DNA of 64,000 bases from an uncultured Pseudobdellovibrionaceae bacterium (GTDB lineage: Bacteria > Bdellovibrionota > Bdellovibrionia > Bdellovibrionales > UBA1609), in NCBI GenBank assembly GCA_963803705.1, contig CAWDNU010000001.1, positions 512,001 through 576,000 on the forward strand. The letters are read 5' to 3'. Numbering within the stretch: the first letter of the stretch is position 1; the number at the start of each line of letters is the position of its first letter. The position numbers were made by a program, and so were the translations under genes. Below are positions 1 through 10,576 of the stretch, in pieces. Below the pieces are notes generated by a model. That model was given only the letters and a program-made list of their open reading frames with translations. It had not been told where the DNA came from and made no database searches.

Positions 1-327
1 CAACTTTCAAAAGATGTAAGCTTAGATAAAGATATTTTAAAAATTAGCGGTCAACAAATTTTGGTAGAAATTGCTAAGGTTGGCATGCTTATGATGTTTT
101 TTAAAACCAGTGAAGGTCAAACGGGCTACTTACGGTTTAGTAATAATCAATGGTCCCCTCGTTTCTTTGAAGACAATAAAAACAAACAGCTCGTGGAGTT
201 ATTTATTGAAAACTTAAAAAAACAAATTCGCACAGGTTATTTTGAATTTCCAAGAATACCATTAAAAACTCTTTATAATATTGATAAGCAAAACGCAAAA
301 TCCAAGGAGAACAATGAAAATGTCTAA
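1..327 (+). CDS. DUF3450 / TtpB-like TonB-system accessory protein, 5'-truncated by the window edge
   Basis: Frame is open from base 1. VEIAKVGMLMMFFKTSEG resembles the DUF3450 C-terminal motif, and the gene lies directly upstream of a large ExbB. Confidence 0.6.
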   Translation, partial: QLSKDVSLDKDILKISGQQILVEIAKVGMLMMFFKTSEGQTGYLRFSNNQWSPRFFEDNKNKQLVELFIENLKKQIRTGYFEFPRIPLKTLYNIDKQNAKSKENNENV

Positions 328-1636
328 ATCTTTGCCAATATCAATATTCGCAATTTTTGTATCTTTGACTAGTTATGCGCAGAATCAGAAATCCTCGTCT
401 TTAACTGAAGCGTATCAAAGGGAATACATATACTTAACAAGTCAGAAAAAAAACTTGCTAAAATCAAAAAAAGAAACTTTAGAACATTTAAAATTAGATC
501 TTATAAATATTAATAATCAGGTTGAAAGAAAAAATTTAAGTTTAAACCAAATTGAAAACTTGATTTTAAAAAGAAAGAATGAATTTGAATCTTACCAAGA
601 ACTTGTAGCAAATAATAAAACCAACAAAAGAAAGATTGAGTCTTTATCAGAGCAATCTAAAGAAACATTGAAAAATTTTGGTTATATATTCCCAGATCAT
701 TTAAGTGCCGAAGAATCCTTAAGTTTATCATTTAAAAATTCTGAAGATTTTTTAAAATCGATAGATTCGGTGCAAAAACAAGAAAAAAATATATTTGATA
801 TAAATGGACAGAAGAAAAAATCACAGCTGTTTCAGTTTGGTCTGATCTCAACGATGTCACCACGTAAAGATGGAACTAACGTATTAGCTCCAGCAGGGTT
901 GGGTCAACTTAAGGTTATTGGTCAAACCGAAAAGTACAATCCGTTTAAAAATTTTGATTCTAAAAAATCACAAAACTTTTTTATATATGATTCCATGGCT
1001 AAAACATATGAACCTAAACAGGCTAAATCTATAAAACAGATATTAGATTCCGGTGGAATAATTGGTTATGTGATATTAGTTTTTGGTTTGTTTGCCATTT
1101 TAATTGCTTTCAAAAGATACTCAATTCTTAGATTTTATGACTTTAGTGAATCTACAAAACAAAAAGTTATTAAAAGCTTAAAGCTAAGACAAATTAAGTC
1201 TAATACAGATGAGTCTGATAGTTTAAAGTGGATAGCTCATCCAGCTTTAGGCCCCATTTATTCTGAATTAAAATATCCAAATATAAAAAATGCTAGATCA
1301 GAGGCTGAAAATATAATTTTAAATGTTGATCAAAAAATTTCATCTTACAGTCCAGTCTTACTAGGTGTGGCAGCTGTGGCACCATTACTTGGTTTGCTAG
1401 GTACAGTAACAGGAATGATAGCCACATTTGACGTAATTTCTGAAATTGGTACTGGAAACCCTAAAATGTTATCAGGTGGTATTTCAGCGGCTTTAGTGAC
1501 TACCGAGTTTGGTCTTATTGTTGCTATTCCTTGTTTACTTTTAGGAAATTGGTTGAACTCATGGTGTAAGCGCATTTCCAGAAACTTATACGATATTTTT
1601 GATGCCACTGAAGTAAAAACAGAGCCAGAGGTTTAG
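314..1636 (+). CDS. Large MotA/TolQ/ExbB proton-channel protein with N-terminal coiled coil (TtpC-like)
   Basis: AAGGAG RBS before ATG 314; signal peptide; APLLGLLGTVTGMI...GISAALVTTEFGL motif. Confidence 0.85.
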   Translation: MKMSKSLPISIFAIFVSLTSYAQNQKSSSLTEAYQREYIYLTSQKKNLLKSKKETLEHLKLDLININNQVERKNLSLNQIENLILKRKNEFESYQELVANNKTNKRKIESLSEQSKETLKNFGYIFPDHLSAEESLSLSFKNSEDFLKSIDSVQKQEKNIFDINGQKKKSQLFQFGLISTMSPRKDGTNVLAPAGLGQLKVIGQTEKYNPFKNFDSKKSQNFFIYDSMAKTYEPKQAKSIKQILDSGGIIGYVILVFGLFAILIAFKRYSILRFYDFSESTKQKVIKSLKLRQIKSNTDESDSLKWIAHPALGPIYSELKYPNIKNARSEAENIILNVDQKISSYSPVLLGVAAVAPLLGLLGTVTGMIATFDVISEIGTGNPKMLSGGISAALVTTEFGLIVAIPCLLLGNWLNSWCKRISRNLYDIFDATEVKTEPEV

Positions 1637-1639
1637 ATT

Positions 1640-2095
1640 ATGTTTATACTAGGTCTATTGATTGAAGGTGGGTGGGTTATGTGGCCACTCGCAATGACAG
1701 CTGTCTTGTTATGGTTTGGCCTTGGTTTTAGATTGAATTTATACAATCATTTAAATTATAAAATCAAAAATAAAACTTTAGATTTATGTGATCAAAATTT
1801 ATATTACTTAAATAGGTATAAATTCACGACACTTATAAAAAGCTTACTAGTTATCTCTCCGCTTCTTGGGTTATTAGGAACTGTTTCTGGAATGATTGAA
1901 ACTTTTGATTCTATGGCTGAAATGCAGCTTTATTCTCAAGGTGGTGGCATAGCCTCTGGTATATCAAAAGCATTATTTACAACTCAAATGGGTCTTGTAA
2001 TTTCTGCACCTGGCCTGCTGTTTTTTAAATTTGTTGAAAGAAAGATCACGGCACTTGAAGTCAACTCAAATGTTAACTTAAAGGACAAGGTATGA
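1640..2095 (+). CDS. exbB: MotA/TolQ/ExbB family protein
   Basis: SPLLGLLGTVSGMI and GISKALFTTQMGL motifs. Confidence 0.85.
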   Translation: MFILGLLIEGGWVMWPLAMTAVLLWFGLGFRLNLYNHLNYKIKNKTLDLCDQNLYYLNRYKFTTLIKSLLVISPLLGLLGTVSGMIETFDSMAEMQLYSQGGGIASGISKALFTTQMGLVISAPGLLFFKFVERKITALEVNSNVNLKDKV

Positions 2096-2505
2096 AAAGA
2101 AATCGTCACTTAGCAGAAGAAAATATTGAGTCCGTAGACGTTTCACCACTAATAGATATGGTTTTTATTCTTCTTATATTTTTTATGGTAAGCACCACCT
2201 TCGTCAAAGATATGAAAGTCGACTTGGATCGTCCAGGGGCTTCAAGCAGTGACAATGCAGATAGTAAATCCATAAGAGTTACAATAGATCTTACAAAAAC
2301 AATATACATAGACGGCGAGCCTGTAAAATCCTGGATGATTCAAAGTCGTATTCGCGAAGCCCTCAAAGAGGATAAAAATACTTCCATTTTAGTGCTTGTG
2401 GATAAAAGCGTTGAATCCGATCTTTTAATAGAAATCGTAGATCAATGTCGCTTAGCTGGTGCCAACGATATAGGTGTTGCAACGGAGCAGGAATTTGGCG
2501 CTTAA
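2092..2505 (+). CDS. exbD: Biopolymer transporter ExbD
   Basis: PLIDMVFILLIFFMV motif; ATGA overlap with exbB. Confidence 0.92.
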   Translation: MKRNRHLAEENIESVDVSPLIDMVFILLIFFMVSTTFVKDMKVDLDRPGASSSDNADSKSIRVTIDLTKTIYIDGEPVKSWMIQSRIREALKEDKNTSILVLVDKSVESDLLIEIVDQCRLAGANDIGVATEQEFGA

Positions 2506-2638
2506 AAGATATAAAAGTGTTTTTTTTTACTTTAGAAATCGAACAAATGATCGAATTGGCCTACAATTAACAAATACGTTGTGGGGTGATCTGAATGAGA
2601 AGCTGAAAGTTAGATTAGGTCTACAAAACATACTTTTC

Positions 2639-3223
2639 ATGAAATCATTTTTCTTTGGTATTTTTTGTTCAGGTCTGATTTTTTTCAGTCTGTACTGGAT
2701 GAACTTAAAAACGTCGACACAACAAGTTGCTAAAAAGAAAAGTAACACAAAATTCGAAATATTGGAAAAAAAAGTCAAAGTGCCAGAACAAGTCAAAAAA
2801 TCTGATCCAGAACCAAAAAAAGATTTGGCGCCAAAAATGGATTCAATATTGGAAGGTTTTGCATTTGGTATACCATCACTTGAGCTAGATTTAAATGGTG
2901 CTCAGGCAATTTTAAATGACGTCAACGGTGGAATAATGTCAGCGCAAGCTGTAGACACTTTACCAAGAAACCTTAGCCAGCCTAAATTAGATTATCCAAG
3001 TTCTGCTTACGAGAAAGGAATTCAAGGTTTTGTAGAGGTAAGTCTTCTTGTCAGTGAATTAGGCCAAGTTGAAAGAGTAAATATCTTAAAAGCAAATCCA
3101 AAAGGAATTTTTGAAGCTGTTACAAAGGCCAATGTAAGCCAGTGGAGGTTTGAGCCTGCAGAGTATAAAGGCCAAAGGGTTTCGGTATGGCTTAATCAAA
3201 CCATTAACTTTGCTTTAGAATAA
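2639..3223 (+). CDS. tonB: Energy transducer TonB
   Basis: N-terminal TM helix; YPSSA..KGIQGFV...WRFEPA TonB C-terminal domain. Start chosen at ATG 2639. Confidence 0.85.
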   Translation: MKSFFFGIFCSGLIFFSLYWMNLKTSTQQVAKKKSNTKFEILEKKVKVPEQVKKSDPEPKKDLAPKMDSILEGFAFGIPSLELDLNGAQAILNDVNGGIMSAQAVDTLPRNLSQPKLDYPSSAYEKGIQGFVEVSLLVSELGQVERVNILKANPKGIFEAVTKANVSQWRFEPAEYKGQRVSVWLNQTINFALE

Positions 3224-3235
3224 TAGGAATAGTAA

Positions 3236-4465
3236 ATGAAAAATTGTTCTATTTTTTATATATTTAATCTACAGTCTACTTGCAAATGGCTTCTAAATTT
3301 CACATCTGGCTTAACATGCCTTTTGATAAGTAGTTCAATAGTAATGGCCCAGAATACTAATAAAGATAACTCTTCAAAACTTTATAGCGCCGAAATATTA
3401 ATTAAAAATTCAGATTTTAAAAAAGCAAAAATTTTACTTCATCAAGTAAATAAAAATTTATTAAGTCCTATTGAAAGCATTAGATTTAATTTCTTTAATG
3501 GTATGGTCTATTTTGAATCTAAGAAATATGATTTGGCTTTAACAAATTATTTGAAGGCTAAATCAAAAGTAAAATATCTTAAAGATAAAAATTTAGTAGA
3601 ACTTCAAAATGCAATCGAAACATTTATTGCACAAACTTATTTTGCTTTGAAACAGTATAAGAAGGCCATTTCTTCATTAAACACTCAAAAAAATAGATCT
3701 CAAAAGTCATACTTAATTTTAAGCAGTTGTTATTGGGAAATAGAAAAAAAAGACAAGGCTCTTTTGATTATTAATCGTGCCCTAATAAAATATCCAACAT
3801 CGGCAAACTTAATAAAACAAAGATCAATTTATTACGCTGAAATGGGTTTGCTTCATGAGCTTTACTTGGAAGCAAGCCTTCTTTTAAATTCAAAAGCACT
3901 AAATAAATCATACATTCTTTTTCTAGCCCATTTAATGAAGCAAAAAGATGAATTTGATCTAGCATTAAAACTTATGGAAAGTTTTTATTTAGCGAACCCC
4001 TATGATGCTGACATTGTATCTGAACTTGCGTTTTTGTACTTTTCTAACGACAAACTTTTGGCTGCAAAAGATTTATATATAAAAGCGGCTCAAATAGATT
4101 CAAAATATGCTTATCAAGCTGCTGAAACGCTTTTAAGAACTCAGGACTTAGTGTTAGCAAGTTTTTATAACTCGCAGGTTCCAGATCAAAAGAAAAAAAC
4201 CAAACAGCGATTTGTAATAGAGCTTAAAAAAAATAATTACAATGAAGCTTACTTTTTAAAAGAGGATTTAAATAGATTAAATCTTTTAAATGAGGATTCG
4301 ATTTTGTACGCATTGGCATATTGTGCTATTAAGATTGGAAAAAATGTTCAATCCATCAAATACTTAAATCAAATTAAATCCCCTAATTTTTTCAAAAAAG
4401 CACTTAAGTTAAAAGATTGGACAGAAGCTTGCCAGTTAGAAGGTGCATGGAAATGTATGATATGA
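3236..4465 (+). CDS. TPR-repeat protein (TtpD-like position)
   Basis: Helical TPR-like repeats, signal-like N-terminus, located after tonB. Confidence 0.7.
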   Translation: MKNCSIFYIFNLQSTCKWLLNFTSGLTCLLISSSIVMAQNTNKDNSSKLYSAEILIKNSDFKKAKILLHQVNKNLLSPIESIRFNFFNGMVYFESKKYDLALTNYLKAKSKVKYLKDKNLVELQNAIETFIAQTYFALKQYKKAISSLNTQKNRSQKSYLILSSCYWEIEKKDKALLIINRALIKYPTSANLIKQRSIYYAEMGLLHELYLEASLLLNSKALNKSYILFLAHLMKQKDEFDLALKLMESFYLANPYDADIVSELAFLYFSNDKLLAAKDLYIKAAQIDSKYAYQAAETLLRTQDLVLASFYNSQVPDQKKKTKQRFVIELKKNNYNEAYFLKEDLNRLNLLNEDSILYALAYCAIKIGKNVQSIKYLNQIKSPNFFKKALKLKDWTEACQLEGAWKCMI

Positions 4466-7400
4466 AATTTATAAAAAATATAGTTTTTACAAATTTTCTT
4501 ATTACCTACTTGATTATTCAGTTTGCCTGCAACACTTGTGTACAAGCCAAGCCGTCAAATAATTTTTCAAAAGGATCGCTAAGCGTCTATTTTTTTAATG
4601 CTAACTCGGTTTCTGGAACAGTTGATATCACAATTGTGAATTCAGAGACTAAGAAAATTTTAATAACAGAAAAAGTTAAAGAAGGATCATTTTCTGTAGA
4701 TATACCAATTGGTGACTATAAACTTAAATATAAATATAATCATAAATTATCTCATACTGAAAAATTCAGTATTTATGAAAATTCGCAGACTCAAGTGATT
4801 GTGTCTTTTGAAAATCACGAATACAAAGTCAATATAGAGCATCCCCAAACCATGATTTTTGATGCTGAAGCCATAAACCCTAAAAAAAGTGAATTTGCAG
4901 GTGAATCAAATAGATCTATTGTTTTAAAAGGCAAAGTTGTCGATATTAATAATTACAAACCCATAGATAAAGTAAATATTTTAGCCGGACAATCTAATAT
5001 ATCCACAGTGACAGATAAAGAAGGAAAATTTACTTTAACAATCCCAGAACACAAAATAAAAAAGTCAAAAATAGAACTTTCATTTATCCATGGCGAGTAT
5101 TCTACAAGTACGCAATATATCGATTGGCCTTTAAAGTATGGTGCTCCTGAAATAACTTTGAAACCTTCGGGAATATCATTAGATGCTATGACGGTTGTTG
5201 CTCCGCATGTGAAGGGCAGCCTGTCGTCAATGATGAATCAAAGAAAGACATCTATGTCTGTTAAAGACTTATTAGGAGCCGATCAAATTTCTAAATCCGG
5301 TGATAGTAATGCAGCATCTGCTCTAAGCCGCGTGACCGGACTAAGCCTTGTAAATGGAAAATTTATTTACGTGCGCGGTCTTGGCGAAAGGTACTCAAGC
5401 ACTTTACTAAATGGCAGCTTGTTACCAAGCCCAGATCCCTCTAGACGAGTTGTGCCTTTAGATATGTTCCCAACATCAATTATTGAAAGCTTGGAAGTGC
5501 AGAAAACATATAGTTCTGACCAACTTACAGAATTTGGCGGAGGTGTAGTAAACATTACAACTAAAACAATACCAGATAAGTTTTATGCCAAAGTTGGTGT
5601 TAACACAGGGGTCAGTTCTGAAGACGTGCTTTCAGGTTCTCAAAAGGGCCTTTTTCATTCGAGTAGTGATTCTGATTGGTTAGGCTATGATCGTGATGGA
5701 ATTAGGAAACTGCCCGCTGCTATTCAACAAGCCATAACCCAAGATCGTGACCTAAATGATATTATCGACGATGATCCTTTCGCATCGAGCACAGGAAAAA
5801 GCAAAGGTTTTACGGGTGAAGAGATTCAGACATTGGGTCGTAGTTTCGCAAAGAACTATGACGTGAAAGAAAAATCCCTACCAGTAAATTTCGGAAGTAA
5901 TTTTGAAATCGGTGATCAGCACAAAAGAGGCAATATCTATAAAATTGGTGCTACTGCCAAGCTTGCATATAGAAATTCAACCGACACAGACAATATAACT
6001 CAACAAAGAGTGGATATCGGTACTGGACAGCAAGGAGTGATTGCCCAAATCGATAAAAACACTGAAACGGAAAATACAATAAACATAGGTGGAATATTTG
6101 GTCTTGGTTTAGATATTCTCAAAAATCATAAATTTAGTATGACCCAAGTGCTTACCAGGTCCACCCTTAATTCGACAGTTCAGATTCAAAGAGATGGCCT
6201 AAATAACGTAGATGACTCAGCTAATATTTACCGCCTACGCTGGCAGGAAAGGGAGCTAAGATCAAATCAGCTAACTGGCAATCACTATTTTAACTCTTCA
6301 GGGAAAGGACCAAAAATAAATTGGTCTTTCACAAATAGCCAAGCCTCTTTAGACGAACCTGACTTCAGAGAATATTATTATTTGAATACGCCCAGCGGTT
6401 TGCAGTTTGCAGATGATAAGGCATATGGAAATCAACGAAGCTTTTCAGAACTAACAGAAGATTTAGCTGATTTCAAAATAACATTTGATAGTCAGGCGCG
6501 CTTGAAAACATCAAAAAATTTATTTATGGACGTGGCTTTGAAAGTAGGATTTCAAAGGATAAGTAAAGATCGCGAATTTAGTGTAAGACGATTCAAATTT
6601 AGAAATGAATCAACTTCGAATTCAAGTCTTAGCTTTGATCGCTCGGATCAGCCAAACCAAATATTAGCAGATGAAAATATAAGGCCAGGTGGTTTTAGGT
6701 TGAGTGAATCAACACTTCCCACTGACAACTATTTTGCAGATCAAAGTATCAATGCATTATTCGTACAAGCATCAAATACATTTAATCTTCGATACCAGAA
6801 TTCCCAGGGGTATGACTATCTGAAACCACAAATAGTTTACGGGTTGAGGCTAGAAAGATCTAATCAGAACGTGAATACATTCGACTTAAGTTCAAAGAAC
6901 GCACCCGTTACAACAAATCTTCAGACTAACGATCTGCTTCCTTCTTTAGGGTTTAATTTGGCGTTAAGCTCAAAACACAATCTAAGATTTGGCTTTACTA
7001 AAACACTTTCTAGGCCTGATTTTAAAGAGCTTTCACCGGCCAGATTTTTAAATGATATAGATAATATTTACGAACGCGGTAACCCAGATTTAGTTGCAGC
7101 TGCAATAATTAATTATGATTTCAGATGGGAGTGGTTTCCTACTTCAAAAGAACTAATCTCTGTAGGTTTTTTTATTAAAGAATTTGAAAATCCTATAGAG
7201 GCGTATGCTGTCAATTCCACTGAGGAAGTCAGGTCCTACAGAAATATCAATGGGGCCCAAAACTCTGGAATAGAACTAGAAGTTAGAAAAGATATTACTG
7301 AATTTATCGGTTCGGGATTCAACACAGAGATTTTTAGCAATTATTCTTTGATCGCATCCGAAGTAAGCCTTTCTCCGACTGAAAAAGGGGATTCAACGAA

Positions 7401-7734
7401 TGCAACCAGACCCTTACAAGGACAGTCACCTTATTTACTTAATTTTGGAATTGATTTAACTCTTCCTAAATATGATATGAATACGACGTTAGTGTATAAC
7501 GTATCAGGTAAAAGAATAACTGACGTAGGTGACGGGGGCAGGCAAGATATTTATGAACTACCTGTTCATCAGTTGGATTTATCATTGATGCAAAAAATAA
7601 AGAAAAATTTACAGCTTACTTTTAGAGCTCAGAATATTTTAGATCCAGAGGTAACAAGGACTCAGGGTGATTTTATGGTCTCTACTTTTAAAAGAGGCCG
7701 AGCTTTCAATATGGGTTTAGCTGCTGTTTTCTAA
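4462..7734 (+). CDS. TonB-dependent receptor with N-terminal carboxypeptidase-regulatory-like domains
   Basis: Plug motif AASALSRVTGLS..YVRGLGERY; SRPDFKEL, GNPDL and NILD motifs; C-terminal F. ATGA overlap at 4462. Confidence 0.92.
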   Translation: MKFIKNIVFTNFLITYLIIQFACNTCVQAKPSNNFSKGSLSVYFFNANSVSGTVDITIVNSETKKILITEKVKEGSFSVDIPIGDYKLKYKYNHKLSHTEKFSIYENSQTQVIVSFENHEYKVNIEHPQTMIFDAEAINPKKSEFAGESNRSIVLKGKVVDINNYKPIDKVNILAGQSNISTVTDKEGKFTLTIPEHKIKKSKIELSFIHGEYSTSTQYIDWPLKYGAPEITLKPSGISLDAMTVVAPHVKGSLSSMMNQRKTSMSVKDLLGADQISKSGDSNAASALSRVTGLSLVNGKFIYVRGLGERYSSTLLNGSLLPSPDPSRRVVPLDMFPTSIIESLEVQKTYSSDQLTEFGGGVVNITTKTIPDKFYAKVGVNTGVSSEDVLSGSQKGLFHSSSDSDWLGYDRDGIRKLPAAIQQAITQDRDLNDIIDDDPFASSTGKSKGFTGEEIQTLGRSFAKNYDVKEKSLPVNFGSNFEIGDQHKRGNIYKIGATAKLAYRNSTDTDNITQQRVDIGTGQQGVIAQIDKNTETENTINIGGIFGLGLDILKNHKFSMTQVLTRSTLNSTVQIQRDGLNNVDDSANIYRLRWQERELRSNQLTGNHYFNSSGKGPKINWSFTNSQASLDEPDFREYYYLNTPSGLQFADDKAYGNQRSFSELTEDLADFKITFDSQARLKTSKNLFMDVALKVGFQRISKDREFSVRRFKFRNESTSNSSLSFDRSDQPNQILADENIRPGGFRLSESTLPTDNYFADQSINALFVQASNTFNLRYQNSQGYDYLKPQIVYGLRLERSNQNVNTFDLSSKNAPVTTNLQTNDLLPSLGFNLALSSKHNLRFGFTKTLSRPDFKELSPARFLNDIDNIYERGNPDLVAAAIINYDFRWEWFPTSKELISVGFFIKEFENPIEAYAVNSTEEVRSYRNINGAQNSGIELEVRKDITEFIGSGFNTEIFSNYSLIASEVSLSPTEKGDSTNATRPLQGQSPYLLNFGIDLTLPKYDMNTTLVYNVSGKRITDVGDGGRQDIYELPVHQLDLSLMQKIKKNLQLTFRAQNILDPEVTRTQGDFMVSTFKRGRAFNMGLAAVF

Positions 7735-7740
7735 TGATTT

Positions 7741-7987
7741 TAATTTTTTTTGATTATTCTCTACAAAGGTTTTTTAGAAGTTTAATTTTATCTAAGACTT
7801 AAAAGGCTCGGTCATACTTTGGCACTTGACCTGCAGAACTCGATCAGGGGCAGTAATGTAATTCAGCTTTTACATTTGTATATCGTAGATTATTTATGCA
7901 GGCCTTCACGCCAAAGAGCTCGCTTTTAAGGCTTAGATAAAATTAAACTTCTAAAAAACCTTTGTAGAAAATAAAAAAATAAAATTA
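7741..7987. repeat. Long nested palindrome (MITE/REPIN-like) with 37-bp perfect inverted arms
   Basis: 7760-7796 is the exact reverse complement of 7932-7968, with further nested pairings inside. Confidence 0.85.
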
Positions 7988-8436
7988 AGACTAAACATAA
8001 CAATTTTTCAAAATAGGTCACAGACAACTGTCTTTTAGTTTTTATTAGAGGAATTAACCATTCGTCGAAAATACCCTAGCTGGAGCCTTTTAATATTACC
8101 TTAATAAGCCTTAGAAAGTTCTGAGAAACCTACATGAAAGTTTTGGTTGTTGCTTAGTTTTGATCAGTTACTTTAAATAAAATCATCTTCCAAAAGTCTG
8201 TGGTCTATATAAAGAACTTTCACTCAATTGCACCCTTCAAAGCATTCTCCAAGTAAGTGTGAAGCTGAAGGACATACTTCGCTTCGTCGTTCTGGTCAGA
8301 ATTCTATCGCTTTAAAATGACAATTCATGGCACCTAACTTTGGTGCTTTAGACAGTTTTAATATGTTCTTGTATCAATATTCTCGTTCTTAGCATTGGGT
8401 TTTGATTAACTATGTTTCTTATGTATAAGTGTATAT

Positions 8437-8922
8437 ATGAAAATTTCTTTACTAGGCTCTGATAAGGGCGTAGAATTCTTTAATGATATACTTGCTTCCT
8501 TTGATTTCTCTAATGAAGAAAATTGGGTTATCAAGAGTAATTTAGCAATTGAGCTTAAAGAGATGGATTCTAACAGAACTTTTCTTATCGGCGAATTAAA
8601 TGGGATTTCAGTAGCTACAGTGCAGATTATATGGAAGAACGCAGACAATAATATTAGTCTTGCAAATGGGAAAAGTAAGGCACATGTGCATGGCCTTTGG
8701 GTAATGAAGAGTAAACAAAGAAATGGTCTGGCATTTAAGCTTATGAATAAAGTGGAAGATATAGTTAGAGACAGAAATTTCACGTCTTTGACTCTTGGTG
8801 TTGATGACTACAATAAAGCAGCATTGAACCTATACGAAAAGTTAGGCTATAAAAAATTTGATGAGGAACCGGGTCGGGAGCTAGGAGAAAAACTTTTCTT
8901 GTTATCTAAGACACTAGCTTAA
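8437..8922 (+). CDS. GNAT family N-acetyltransferase
   Basis: QRNGLA acetyl-CoA motif A; N..ALNLYEKLGY motif B. Confidence 0.88.
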   Translation: MKISLLGSDKGVEFFNDILASFDFSNEENWVIKSNLAIELKEMDSNRTFLIGELNGISVATVQIIWKNADNNISLANGKSKAHVHGLWVMKSKQRNGLAFKLMNKVEDIVRDRNFTSLTLGVDDYNKAALNLYEKLGYKKFDEEPGRELGEKLFLLSKTLA

Positions 8923-9090
8923 AATCACTATTGATTGATGAAATAATCTTTAAACTCAATAAGTCTTTCTGCGAAGAAGGGCTTTCTTTAATTTGGTCAT
9001 TAAGTTTTAGACTTAAGAACGAAATAATCATCAAAACTTATCAACCTAATAAAGCTAAGGATTGTCTAGCGTTTAATCAATACGGTGGAT

Positions 9091-9120
9091 AAAAAAATAC
9101 CCTCCGGCGAGAGGGTTTTA
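9091..9120. terminator. Probable intrinsic terminator hairpin
   Basis: A-run, then ACCCTC-cggcga-GAGGGT, then T-run, between the convergent GNAT and transposase genes. Confidence 0.45.
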
Positions 9121-9424
9121 AAGCTTTAAACTTATTAGATACAATCAGAAGAGCTATTGATTAAACGACCAAATGGTCTGACTCCTTCGACCAAGGCGCA
9201 AACTTCGCTATGGGGATTGAATCAGGCCTTTTTTCTTTTAAAACTCTTATCTCCTGTCTATAAAAACTAAAATCTCTTAAATTTTTACTTTTCAGCTCAA
9301 GTTTTTTCATCAAAGTAGACTCCATTTTTATTTTTGAATTTAATTTTTATTTTTTAAATACAACAATCCATTACGCTCTTTGTAAATTAAAAAACGTTGG
9401 TTAAATTTAGGGGCAAGAACTTTT

Positions 9425-10576
9425 TTAAGCCGTGCTAAATCTAGATAAAAATTCAGACTGCCTTGTTAAAGTTTTGGTTTTGCAGTTTGGGCAAATATCT
9501 GGGTCAACGCCAGTTACTTTTTTCAAAATTTCTTTCCAAGTTTTTTCTAGTTTTTGAGTGAGGTGTTTAACATTACAAAGCTTTCTTATCTGTACAATAT
9601 TTTTAGCTTTCGACCTCGATCCCAGAATACCATAATGCCTGATCCTCATAAAACCACTGGGCAAGATGTGAAGCAAAAACCTTCTCATAAACTCAAAAAC
9701 ATGAAGCTTCATAATCTTCTTTTTTGTTGGATCTTTTGGATCTCGGTATTTAAAATACACTTGATCATCTTCAAGCTTTAATATTCTGTAGTTTGAGATC
9801 GCTATCCGGTGTGTATACTGAGATAAATACCTAATCACTGCTTTTGGGCCTGAAAAAGGTTTTCTAGAGTCCACAACAAAAGGCTTTGATGTGCACTCAA
9901 TCATCAGATCCCTAAAAAAGCCTGGCCTTTCTAATATTTTAAGGTCTCCATAAAACTTAAGCTCTTTTTTGGAGTGAGCAAATTCTAGTTTTTCTAAAAG
10001 CTTAGCTCTAAATACTTGAGACAATACTTTTACTGGTAAAAGATAATCTTCTTTTGCTTTTATCCACAGCCTTTTATCTTTTGATAAAAAACCACCCGGC
10101 ACAATAAAGTGAACATGTGGGTGGTCAATTAAAGTCTGGCTCCATGTATGAAGCACTCCAATAAACCCAAGATCTCCTGCATTTTTATATTGAGTCTCTG
10201 AGACCTCTTTTAGGGTCTCTTTGGCAGATTCAAATAAAAAGTCGTAGCAAATCTTTTTATTTTGTAAAAACAAAGGCCTAAGTTCACCAGGGATTGTAAA
10301 TACCACGTGAAAATAGGGACAAGGAAGCAAATCATCAGTTCTTTTTTCAACCCAATTATTCTTCCCAGTGAACTGACACTTTGGACAGTGCCTGTTCCTA
10401 CATGAGTTAAAAGCTTGTTTTTTATAATCACAAGATTTACAGCTTATCTGATGTCCACCAAGAGCAGAAGTTCTACAATTTACAATAGCATTGACGGCTT
10501 TATAATGTTGCTTTGGAAGGTAGTTTAAAAGGTGTCGGTGCTTTTTAAAAATTTCGGCTAATTCAATTGAGCTCAT
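9425..10576 (-). CDS. IS91 family (Y2 HUH) transposase
   Basis: Zn-binding N-terminus [25 protein letters not shown]...HPHVH (HUH); YLSQY; RIRHYG; C-terminal CPNC. Confidence 0.95.
   Translation of the reverse strand: MSSIELAEIFKKHRHLLNYLPKQHYKAVNAIVNCRTSALGGHQISCKSCDYKKQAFNSCRNRHCPKCQFTGKNNWVEKRTDDLLPCPYFHVVFTIPGELRPLFLQNKKICYDFLFESAKETLKEVSETQYKNAGDLGFIGVLHTWSQTLIDHPHVHFIVPGGFLSKDKRLWIKAKEDYLLPVKVLSQVFRAKLLEKLEFAHSKKELKFYGDLKILERPGFFRDLMIECTSKPFVVDSRKPFSGPKAVIRYLSQYTHRIAISNYRILKLEDDQVYFKYRDPKDPTKKKIMKLHVFEFMRRFLLHILPSGFMRIRHYGILGSRSKAKNIVQIRKLCNVKHLTQKLEKTWKEILKKVTGVDPDICPNCKTKTLTRQSEFLSRFSTA

Noticed and set aside
8030..8400. Short coding-like fragments on the minus strand
   Set aside because: Interrupted by stops, with no identifiable homology.
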